From Azolla caroliniana (Eukaryota; Plantae; Polypodiophyta), in the NCBI GenBank assembly GCA_043228905.1, contig JBHGNT010000007.1, forward strand, positions 17,732,001-17,796,000: 64,000 nucleotides of DNA. Reading direction: 5' to 3'. Of this stretch, positions 35,601 to 45,770 are shown one piece after another. The translations under genes and the position numbers were made by a program. Position 1 is the stretch's first letter. The number at the start of each line of letters is the position of its first letter. The notes beneath the pieces were generated by a model. The model did no database searches, was not told the origin of the DNA, and was given only the letters and a program-made list of their open reading frames with translations.

Positions 35601-38403
35601 GGATGCTTTCACGCGTTGTGATACTGCCATTTCTTTTTCCAGTGCCTCCTGTGCTTGCCGTAATTCCCGGATTGCCTCTTTATATGGTTCCTCATCGGTC
35701 CCGTCCGGTTGCAATACGTACGGTGATACTGCTTCAGCTACATCAATCTCGAACAGAGGTACAATCTTCGGATTTTCCTGTAAGTATTGATCGACCTCTT
35801 CGTCCGCCAATCCTTCCAGCATGTTGACACATTCCGCATATAGAAGCATTGATTCATTGTCGGTACTGGATCGTGGTTGAGTCGCAACTTGTACTTTCGC
35901 TTTTCCCCGCCGGAACGTAATTATATTCTTCCTCCAGTTTTGCTTTATGTGTGTTGTTTTTAACCAAGGTCGTCCCAACAATAGTGGGTAAGCTCCCTGA
36001 GCCTGTGGCTGGAGAACTACTACGGAAATGAGAAATGTGTGACCCCCGATGGTCACTTCCAGATCGCGTATTAATCCGGTCATCCGAAGCCAAAATGGGC
36101 ACAGTTCCCAGTCCTAGATTCCTAGAGTGTTACATGTTCGGAGGCTGATCATGTTCACGCCGGATCCTCCATCAATAATCGTGCCGAGTAGCTCCTTTCC
36201 CTTCACGATGGTTGTGATTGTTGAACTACTTGTGTCCACCATTGCCAGTCCTTCCTCTGGATTTGAAAAGAATGCTGGAGCCGGTGGTGTGTCAGTTTTC
36301 GTCCTTCCAGTCTTCAGTCCATCCATGAACCATGGTACCAGTTGCAATAGCCGGCCTAACGGCAGCGTGATTTGACATTCTTGTAACGCCTGCCATGTTG
36401 GGTTTTCGGGTTGCCCCGGGCCGGCGAGCTCTTCAACATTCTCCTTTTGTTGTTCGAGCTCTGCGGCATTCCGCTCATTTGCCTTCTTCACCCATTCGGT
36501 TGCCTGCTTCCGGATGGCTTCTTGCATTTCCCACTCCGTGGCTTGGCCTTTTGATCTTGTAGTGACTTGTTGTATGTCCGCGACTTCCGCGTCTACCATG
36601 TTCACCGTTGGTCGCTTGTCGTAGCTCTTCGTCGAACATTGATTACTATAGTGGCCCTCTTGCCGGCAATAATAGCAGTACGGCTTCCGGGCATTGCTGG
36701 ATTCGGCATGTGTGCTTGATGGTGGACTAGGGGCAAGTGCTTGGTTTTGGTCTGGTTGGCTGCTCGGAGCGCCCTTTTCTGGTTCTCGTGGATGACCCCC
36801 CTTTTTGTTGAAATGACGTTTCTTATTGAAATTCTTTTTGTTGCGGTATCCTTATCGAGGTTGGTCGTCATCCTTGCCATAGTCGTCCCGTCGATGGTTG
36901 TAACCAGGGTAGTGATCCCGGTTATATCTTTCATACCGTCCATTATAGTCCCGGTACCTATCCTATCTATCATCTGGTCATACGCGTCTCTTCGATTGCT
37001 ATACCGGACATCTTGTGTCGACAGGTAGCGCTCGTCTCGCCGCCAACGTTCTTCTTCTTCCTCCCAGTGGCTTCGTGGTTCAATTTGTCGGACCGGTGGT
37101 GCTTGTCGATTTAACAAGTTATACTCACACCATTCCATTGTGTGACTTCTGGAGTGGCAGAGCAAGCATTGGGAACGCATGGTGCATTTCAGGGCCGAAT
37201 GTCCAGCATTCAGGCATATCGTACATTGAATTGCTTGTCCGAAACGGAGGTCCTCTTCTGTCGGTAGCGTACGCTGAAGTGCGCCCATGGTTAGCCATGA
37301 ACTCGAGTTTTCCATTTCCCGAACTCGGTCAATCACTTGATCTATGCTGCTGGTGCGGAAATCGATGACGGTGCACACCGTTCATAAGGGTTCCCGGAGT
37401 GCTGCTAAGAATATGGCCTTTGTTTCTTCCTCCGGTGGTGTCCGACTGAGCTAACTGTGGATCCGCTAGAACCAGATGACAAACTGTTAGATGTTCTCCG
37501 TTGGTTCCTGCCGGATACTGTAAAATAAGCCGACCATTTCCTGTTGGTCATCTCCTTGTGGAAGAAATGCAAGAATTTTGACTTTAATGTTTCAAACGTG
37601 GGGATGGTGCTGGGATCCTATGTTTAGTGCCATTTGGCGGCCGGTCCCTCCAAGGTCATGCCGAACTCTGCCCGTTTTGAGTGTTCCTCTTCGGTTGCAT
37701 TTAAGCGTTGGGACACATGGTTCACTTCCCAGGTCTGCTGAAACGCATGGACGTAGGTTTCCGCGTTCGAATCATCCCGGTATCTGGGATATTGGAACGA
37801 CATATCGTCGTCTGGTGTCGGTACACGGGCTAGTGGTGTCAGTGGTTTTCCCCGGTCTTTTGTCTTCGTCGGAGGTCTTTCCTGCTCCTCTTGCAGTGGT
37901 GGAGGTCTCTTGTCCTCGACTTCTGGTTTCGGAGTGTGGTCGACTTCCGGCACCGGAGTTTCCAGCCTTGTCGATTCAGGTTCTGGTGTCGGCAAAGTAT
38001 TCGACTCCTCGTCCTCTGGTCCGCCTAGGATGTCGTTACTGCTTCGGTAGTTCGTCTGCGCACTGTATTCCTTGTCCGAACCCAATTCAAATGCCCAAAA
38101 TGTTTCGGATTCGCCTTCTTCCACTGCCAATGCCTGGAGAAGGGATTCCGCTTCCTAGAGGCTGCTTAGGCTGCTTCCTTCGTCTGGGTAGGCGTTTTGT
38201 GGTAGCCGAAGTGATTCCTTGGCCACTCTCCGAATCACTTTCGAAAATGAGCGATCCGCTCTGATTTCTTCTACCGCTTGCTGGAAAGCCTCTCGCTTCC
38301 TCAACCGTTCAGCAAGTTGCCTTGCTCGCTCCGTACATTCATTGGTCGCGTCATCCATTCCCACCGTTGTTTGCTGCGATTGTGTAGGAATCGTGGTCGC
38401 CAA
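32670..38403 (-). pseudogene. gag-pol: gag-pol of G (fragmented)
   Basis: ORF fragments 37624-38130, 36602-37378, 36114-36605, 33954-36083 and 33168-33737 carry gag, PR, RT, RH and INT motifs. Confidence 0.93.
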
Positions 38404-38409
38404 AAACTG

Positions 38410-38857
38410 TGTTAATCCTTAGGGCCGGACAATGGCCTAACACAGGGTGTCTCCATAAGACACTTCACCAAAGGGGTGTTACGGAGAGATAACTTAAGCC
38501 ACAACGATTAATCCGACTTAGTTGGCTACTTAACAATAAGGCATTCACTTAATACACGCATAAGATATAACAATTAAGACAGAACGGTAATCAATACATG
38601 AAGATAAAACCAGACGCTTATATTAATTCTCTGTTAAAGTTTTACGTTGTAACCGGGCCTTTATATAGGTCACCGGTGTTGCGTACAAAACGGTGCCAAC
38701 CGACAGCTGTTCGGAATCGGTCCGGATCCGGATTGGCATACCGATTCTGGTCTGTCCGTTTTCTACATAATTATGATCTACTTTACTTAATTAAATATAT
38801 TTCGAATAACCATCCCTTTCACACTCTAGTCTCTGCTCCATTGTCGGCCGGGTAACA
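38410..38857 (-). repeat. 5' LTR of G
   Basis: Direct repeat of 18846-19293. Confidence 0.93.
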
Positions 38858-38862
38858 CTCCG

Positions 38863-40208
38863 CCACCAAACCATGCCATCAACGCTTTGAAGGAAGAAAT
38901 TGAGGCTCAAACCGCCATCGCCTCAAAAGCGAAAAGGGTCGTACAACTAGCAGAATCAGAAATTGGCCGCCTTCGAGCTGAACTGCGCCAATCCTTAGAT
39001 AGGGAAAAGGAGATCCGGGCTAACGGCCGGAAGGCAGTAAAAACCCTTGAAGAGAAACTCGTTGCGAAGGTAGCACAGCACATCCGGATAAAAGACGAAA
39101 ACGCCCAATTACGGGAGGAAGCAAAGAAATCGGAGATGGCAATCGCGGGACTCCGGACCTTATTGGAGAAAAAGAAGGTATGGTTCGACAAGCAGCTGGT
39201 GGGTGAATAGGAAAGAAGGCATCAGCTCGAAAATCCACCTAAACAATGAAATGGGGAAATTAGAACTCCATGCAAAGGAATCCTAGTTGTGGGCGGGCCT
39301 GAAGACCATGTACAAAGAAGCGGTGACAGTTAGTCAGCAAGAAATTGCAAACCTCAAGAAGTCGGTGGAGGAAGCACGCAACCGTTACCAAGCCATCACG
39401 GACAACGTGCGTATCCTTCTACAAACAAATCGGGAGAGGTTCACAGTGCAATTGAAAACGGCGCTAGACAAAGGATGGATGGCGTGGGCAGTCCAAGCAG
39501 CAGAATTGCACGCGTATCGTGCGGACTAGGAGAACCAGCGAAAAGATGGCCGAGGTTTCTATAAACTCAATGAGGAGAGCATTGCGGCCATACGCGAGGA
39601 CCTAGCGCAAGACTATCGCGCGCTAGCGGACCAACATTCCGAAGAACTCACGCAGCTCTTAGATGATTTTGGTGAAAGCCAGGAGGAGCTATTTCACCAG
39701 ATCACACAAGCCGGCAGCACGCGAACAAATGAGGAATCCATCGCGACGCCAATTCCAGGCCAAATAACCAGAAATTACAACGACAGTAAACAGCACGGAA
39801 CGACGAGCAGAGTCCCGCATAGTACTAGACAGCGAAACCACTGCCCAAGAGGAGCCCCATCCATAGGAGCCCATGCTATCAACCGACCACACGAAGAATG
39901 TTGTGGACCAAGCGGAATCGCAACCCCACTCCCGGGAGTGTACAATGACGGCCGACACCATGGAGGAAGTGACGGTTGAGACAGAGTCGCGACCGACCGC
40001 AAGCATGACGACGTCTGAGGCCAACCCACTAGCCCAAGAAGAGCCCATCGTACTCAGACCGCCCAGACAGGACGACCGCGACATCAAGAGAAGCCCTCCC
40101 GACCAAACAGGGGAACCACTCCACGATGCACCTACGGGCCCTACGTCGCCTCTGGACACGGACACCGTAGCAGAGCTAAACATCCAGGCCATTTTGGAAG
40201 AAGATTAA
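38863..40208 (+). pseudogene. Extra 3' ORF of A, C-terminal part
   Basis: Coiled-coil fragments, GWMAWAVQAAELHAYRAD, ends ELNIQAILEED. Matches C 56674-58158. Confidence 0.85.
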
Positions 40209-40213
40209 CGGGA

Positions 40214-40253
40214 TGGGTCCGACGTACCAAGGCTCTGTCCCACAGGCATGCCA
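40214..40253 (+). promoter_or_regulatory. tRNA-Arg 3'-end copy occupying the PPT position of A
   Basis: TGGGTCCGA-cgtaccaaggctct-GTCCCACAGGCATGCCA-gg-LTR. Confidence 0.75.
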
Positions 40254-40255
40254 GG

Positions 40256-40693
40256 TGTTGCCCGCCAGAATAGTAACTGACGGACAAGAGTGTAGGAATA
40301 AGAAATAATATAAGATTATAACGCATGTAACGGTTCACGCAGGAAGCTTGAACGGCTAAAAAGACCATGCATATATAAAGGGCAGAAAACCTTTGATAGA
40401 GGAGCGTGTAATTTTGGAATGTAAAGAAGTGTATCATAATAGAATTCTATCTTCTCTTATATCTGTGTATAGCTACGACTAATCTACTGTGTGTCTAGAA
40501 TACCTGAGAGTGTAGAAGTAAGAACGTGAGCGTGTAACCACTGATAAGGAGTTCGGTTGTAGCCGTCTCCCTTATACACTGCTAGGTTATGGGGAACATT
40601 CCCCTACGTATTACGCACAGATGCCACCATTCGTTGTTTCACAATCACTTGGAGGTCTAGGTCAAAGGACTGACCGTAGGCCGTGTTCCCAAT
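40256..40693 (+). repeat. 3' LTR of A, last ~9 bp missing
   Basis: Matches 2510-2946. There is no terminal GGTAACA and no TAAAC target duplication. Confidence 0.9.
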
Positions 40694-40722
40694 AGATGTC
40701 GTGTGGTGTCACGTCCAATAGA

Positions 40723-40872
40723 TGTCGCGTGGCACGTGACACACATGCCAAACATCGGGATGTGCGCGTCACAATCGCGGACAAGCACCGAGCCTTTATC
40801 CGCTAGTGGTTATGGAGGATTGATGATGGGCGCCTGAAGTGATGCACTAATGTCGTTAGAGTGAGAGAGAGA
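40723..40872 (+). repeat. Direct copy of 1712-1860
   Basis: TGTCGCGTGGC...GTGAGAGAGAG, about 9 differences seen. Confidence 0.9.
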
Positions 40873-41015
40873 AACAAAAATTGAGGAAGTTTTTAAGATA
40901 GATAGATAGATAGATAGATACACATCACCAATAAGATAACTAAGTTTTCTTATTATTAATTTTCGATTTGATACATAGATTGTTTGATTCATCCATTGAT
41001 TGATCCCCCCCCCCC

Positions 41016-41426
41016 CGTCACATAAGCCTTACGAGGGTTTTTGTAGGTTTATCTATCCTTGTAACTTGCACAAAACCATGGGCTTGAACCCATGGTTTTC
41101 GGGCACACGGTTTTCCTTGTGGCATGCACAAAACCATAGGCTAAAACCATGGTTTTGTGTACACGGTTTTGTATGTTTGTTTCCTATGGAATACTAAATA
41201 TGAGAAGGAAATATACAAAATCTAAAGCACTTAGTAGTAGCTTTAGTGGTAAGATAATTGCTTCCTATCTTAGAAGTGCAAGGTTCAAATCTTGCTTGCA
41301 CCCTTCTATATGCACTTGAATGACATCAAACCCTAGGCTAATTTTCATATTTATAATCATGTGTATAATGTGTGTGGAGCCACACTATTTCACAATTTCT
41401 CCCATTGGACACAGAACATCACGACA
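41016..41426 (-). mobile_element. LTR of element Y, inverted relative to 2139-2509
   Basis: The reverse complement starts TGTCGTGATG and matches 2139-2509, plus the terminal ~30-40 bp missing there. Confidence 0.85.
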
Positions 41427-41967
41427 GCGCGGAATCCAATGGGTCGAGGAGTGCAAGTGAGCCGTGAAGCCAGGAGAAGCCGGAGCGAAGATCCGTAAGA
41501 GTAGGCGGAACCACAAGTTGAGCTTGAGGGGGAGTGTTGAGATACAAGCTCAACATTGGGTGCGTAAACTGGGTGCGCAACGGGAGGCCATTGGATAGAT
41601 ATTCCGCGGAGGAATATATTTTGGGAGTTAGTGTCAGGGCTCATTGATGAGCATTGAAGTACGTTTCATTACTTTTGTCAGTTCGTATGGACTTGTATAA
41701 AAGTGCTCTCTGAGCACATCGTATGTACAGAGTTTTTAGAGTATTGTTTTGGAATAGAGTTTTCTGTGTTCTGCTCTCTCTGTCTCTCCTACATACACTG
41801 TGTTGATTAAGCTTTCCATTAAACCTCTCTTGTCTCTTGTCTTTTGTCTGTTGCTACCCGGTTGTGTATGTTAAGCTTCCACACGTATTCTTTTACACTT
41901 CACAATCCATACACAGGTAATCTCATATATTATGAATTGTGTACAAATATTGACATCAATCTAAACA
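41427..41967 (+). mobile_element. Copia 3' end: ORF tail, PPT (41526-41534) and 3' LTR (41535-~41967); probably the continuation of element X
   Basis: GAGGGGGAG is immediately followed by TGTTGAG. The basic tail ...ARRSRSEDP* fits after the 1236-1595 ORF (inference). The LTR right end is approximate. Confidence 0.6.
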
Positions 41968-42207
41968 TTTGATGGCGACTTGACTGATGCTGACAAATCT
42001 TGTATTGGTTATGAAGAAGAAAAAAAATAGTGGAGGTAGGGTATGATGCATTATTTAATTAGTTAGTGTTAATTTAATTAATAACTACTACTAGTCTCTG
42101 TATAAGAATAAAAAGAAAACACACACACACACACACACAGAAGCTCCTTTTGCTTAGTGGTTTTCCGAGTGTGCAGCAACTGTAGGAAGGAGCGAGCTTC
42201 CGCAACG

Positions 42208-42774
42208 ATGGCGGCCTTAAAGAGAGCCATGGCAGGTCTTACACCTAAACGAATCGAAGGTCTGAGGTGGAGACTCTTTGACACGAAAGGATAGGTTCTT
42301 GGACGTCTAGCATCACAAATTGTTGTGGGGGAAAGATAAGCCTACACACACACCTCATATTGAAAAAGGAGACATTTGTGTCGTAGTAATGCTAATGAGG
42401 TTGCATTTACTAGAAGAAAATTGAATGATAAGTTCTATCGTTGGCATACTAGTTATGTAGGTCACCTAAAGGAGAGGAGTTTGAAAGAGCAGATGCGAAG
42501 AGTTCCTACTGAAGTTATTCGTAAAGTTGTATTCCTTATGCTTCCCAAGAATAGGCTACAAGATGATAGAGCAAGAAGGCTGCGAATTTTTGTGGATGAT
42601 AAGCATCCATTTGCTGACAAGCCCTTGCAGCCTTACATAATGCCCCCTCAGAATGTGAGAGAGGTCAGACCTCGTGCCAGACGAGCATCAGGTCGCACAC
42701 AGAAAAAGGCTGCAAATAGGGAAGCAAAACTTGCATTGCTTGAGCAAAACAAGTCTAGCACAACACTAACTTGA
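42208..42774 (+). pseudogene. RPL13: Processed pseudogene of mitochondrial-type ribosomal protein L13 (uL13m)
   Basis: GLRWRLFDTKG*VLGRLASQI..GKDKP...KFYRWHTSYVGHLKERSLKEQM...EVIRKVVFLMLPKNRL...RPRARRA. Intronless, with one stop and frameshifts. Confidence 0.9.
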
Positions 42775-43064
42775 TGTGACATTTTCTTATATCACATTCC
42801 TTGAATAATTTGAGGTGGGAGTTTCTTTATGTTTACCTTTATGTTATAGTTGCCAGAAATTTAGTATATGTAGTAGTCATCTATAGTGATATACATGATG
42901 ATGAATTTGAATGATTCTTCTTTATCCATGAGTTTCAATTATTTGGCTATTGCAAAGAAAATCAAAGGTCAATCGATTTGGTCCTTTCTAGGGTCTGTAT
43001 AAATCAAAAACATATTTGTTGGAAAGAGATTTGACTTAAAAGAGAGAGAGAGAGAGAACCCCGT

Positions 43065-43615
43065 TGTCGCGATATTCCGTGAGTACGTGTAGGATCCGAA
43101 GTGGGACCATGGGGGTCTTGGACTAGGGAGTAGAGGAGAAGGAATAAGACACAAAATGGAAGCTTAGCTCAAGAGGAGAAGAGAATGAATATGACATGAA
43201 GATAGAACAAGAGATCGATGGAGGCAAAGTACTTCAACAAGACAAGATACACAAGCAAGTTATATTATGAATCCACAAACGAATACAACCATGGCGGCAT
43301 AGGCCAAAACCCAATGACTACAAGAAACCCTATCCTCCTAAGTAAGAAGAAGATGAAGAACCCTAGAAGAAACCCTAAAACCGAATAGGACCCCTCGACC
43401 TAAGTGGTATACCTCTCACACTCAAAATAGGCAACCCTTCAACAAGGGACCCCTCCCTCTTTTTATAGAGCAAGGAGGGGAGGGCGTTACAATGTGGGAC
43501 AAATACTCCCCTTTATTCTATACATCGTTTCCTACTATACATGTGCACATGTTGCACACCACCGACTTGCCCATTCCACCCTGGTTTCACACTATAGCCG
43601 GAAATCTTCACGACA
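43065..43615 (-). mobile_element. Solo LTR (TGTCGTGA family)
   Basis: TGTCGCGA...TCACGACA inverted termini. Flanks CCGT/CTGT are a possible 4-bp TSD with one mismatch. Similar to 1-582. Confidence 0.8.
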
Positions 43616-44935
43616 CTGTCTTAGTTGGCTTCCCCTATTGTTGGATATGGCAGGCTTTTGTGTACATATATACATATGCATAACAACCTCTTGTAAAGAT
43701 ATGAGAAGCACAAATAATTAGTTGATTGATAATACACATCTATTTGGCAGACAAAAGAGCTCTAAGGCAAAAGGTGAGCGACTGAGAGAGGCATTAATTA
43801 CTTGTTTCATAAATTATCAAATATAATTGTCATTCCAATTTAGTTATCATGGTGTTGGTGGGCATTGCACATGGAGAGCAACGCCATGTCCCCTACCGGG
43901 ATTCCAAACTCACATTCTTACTTCAAGTAAGTTACTATCTAAGTCTACCTAGATTATTAGGACATGAAAATTTATAGTTGATGATAATTCAAGGAGAGAT
44001 TTTTAATACAGGATTCCTTCGGTGGTAACTTGAAAACAACCATTATTGCTATAGTGAACCCATCTATCTCGTAAGTCTAGCAAGAAATCCCGTTTAACAA
44101 TTTTGTTCAGCCTCAAACTGACACAGAAACCTGTTGACGATTATTACCAACCTCAAACCTGTTGATTTGTTGTAAGTGGGCTAACATTGGTAACCTCTCT
44201 TTATTACAGGTGTGCCAATGAGACATGAGCACATTGAAATTTGCACAATAGGCTAAGTTCATCCAAAACAATGTATGGTTGTAATACTTCTGGTTTTATG
44301 GATACAAAACATATGCTAATTGGCAATGTCGGTGGTTGCTCAAAGCTATATAAAAGTATGGTTTGTTCCTTTTTCCCATTGCAGAGCTCAATGAATTCAC
44401 AAAGCCAGAATGATTGATAGACAAACCAGATAAGTCTAGGAAACAATTGATAGGCCTTAAACAACCATTATTGCATAAACAAAAGCTTTTCAAACATTCT
44501 GATTTTGAGTATGGATAACCGAAGTACCAAATGCCATGATTTTTTTCTTGGATAGGAGAGGCTAATTTCCTAGAAATGTATCTGAACATTGTAAACAACT
44601 TAGATATAGACGAGATATGAATAGTATTGAAGTTTTAAATATTTGTGTGTTGCCAATGACATCCGATATCGAGCCTCAAAATCAAATCTTTGGCCATCAC
44701 GACGGTAAATGGTTCATTAAGAAAACATAATGTGATAAAAACTTGTGAATTTAATTAAGATGTTTCATCAATTTGATATAATTGGATGTGCCAAAAAAAA
44801 AATTGAACATGTTCCGGTTGACATTATCACTCGTAGGAAAGTGGCCGGTTAAAATATTTACTTTTCGGTTAGGATCATAAGCACCAAGAAAATTTCCAAT
44901 AGGAATTAGAAACTTTGCCCAAGACTGGTGAGGAG

Positions 44936-45228
44936 AATATAGGTACAAAGGTGTAACTCCAATATTAAATGTACTTGAGAGTGGAGGATGTAGAATATCC
45001 ACTTAAGTACAAGGTTCTATTTAAGGATTTAAGGTCAACACTATTTAATATAGGTACAAAGGTGTAATTCCTATATTAAATGTACTTGGGAGTGCAATCC
45101 CACTTAATTACAAGGCTCTATTTAAGGATTCAAGGTCAACACACTAATTAGATTCTATCTAGGTAACTACTAAGTTATGTGGTTAACTAACTAACTAACT
45201 AAATCTAGTTGAGCATGATATCTCAACA
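44936..45228 (-). repeat. About 110-bp tandem duplication within a probable Copia LTR fragment
   Basis: AATATAGGTACAAAGGTGTAA...AAGGTCAACAC occurs twice. The segment ends GTTGAGCATGATATCTCAACA, resembling the 41535 LTR start in reverse. Confidence 0.5.
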
Positions 45229-45770
45229 TATCCTTTTTGCAACTTTTCATGATGCCTTTTTGTGAACAATATTATGTGCCCCTTATGTACTATTATCAAA
45301 ATTTCCTAACCATGGCACAAATTACTATATTCCAATGTGAATATAATGGTTAAACATATGACCTTGTGGTCTCTACCACCATCTCTCCCTTAACTTCCTA
45401 ATATATAATTAATAACATAGAAGGCTAGATCTATAAATGTGCATTAAAACAATTATTCTTCAAGCCAAGGCCCATGGGTTGGGGAGGAGAATATTTCTTA
45501 TACAAAACTAGTTGCATCTAGCACGTACTTTGTGAGAGTGATCGGATCCTTTAAAATTGTTTGCTAATCGTGCTCAGCCACAACCAAATCTCAATCACAC
45601 AATGGAAGAACTCAAGGAGAAACAGAATAGGTTAATGCACACTTAAGCACAAAAGGAGACGACACAGGATGTTAACGTGGAAAACCTCGAAACAACGCAA
45701 AACCATAGGAGCCATGTTTTTGTCTATCGGAATAGTAACCGACGGATAGAAGCGCAGAAATATTATAATA

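Larger units (their letters stand above)
18846..38857 (-). mobile_element. Ty3/Gypsy element G (same family as E), full length, degraded
   Basis: 448-bp LTRs at 18846-19293 and 38410-38857 (TGTTA...TAACA). TSD CTCTG/CTCCG. Confidence 0.93.
2510..40693 (+). mobile_element. Ty3/Gypsy non-chromovirus LTR retrotransposon A (degraded, multiply interrupted)
   Basis: Paired LTRs at 2510-2955 and 40256-40693, roughly 93% alike by eye. Gag-PR-RT at 3010-6295, INT at 15951-17157, extra ORF split at 17505-18845 and 38863-40208. Collinear with element C. Confidence 0.85.

Noticed and set aside
43620-44930. Possible degraded gene or transposase fragments
   Set aside because: Short AT-rich ORFs with no motif I can support.
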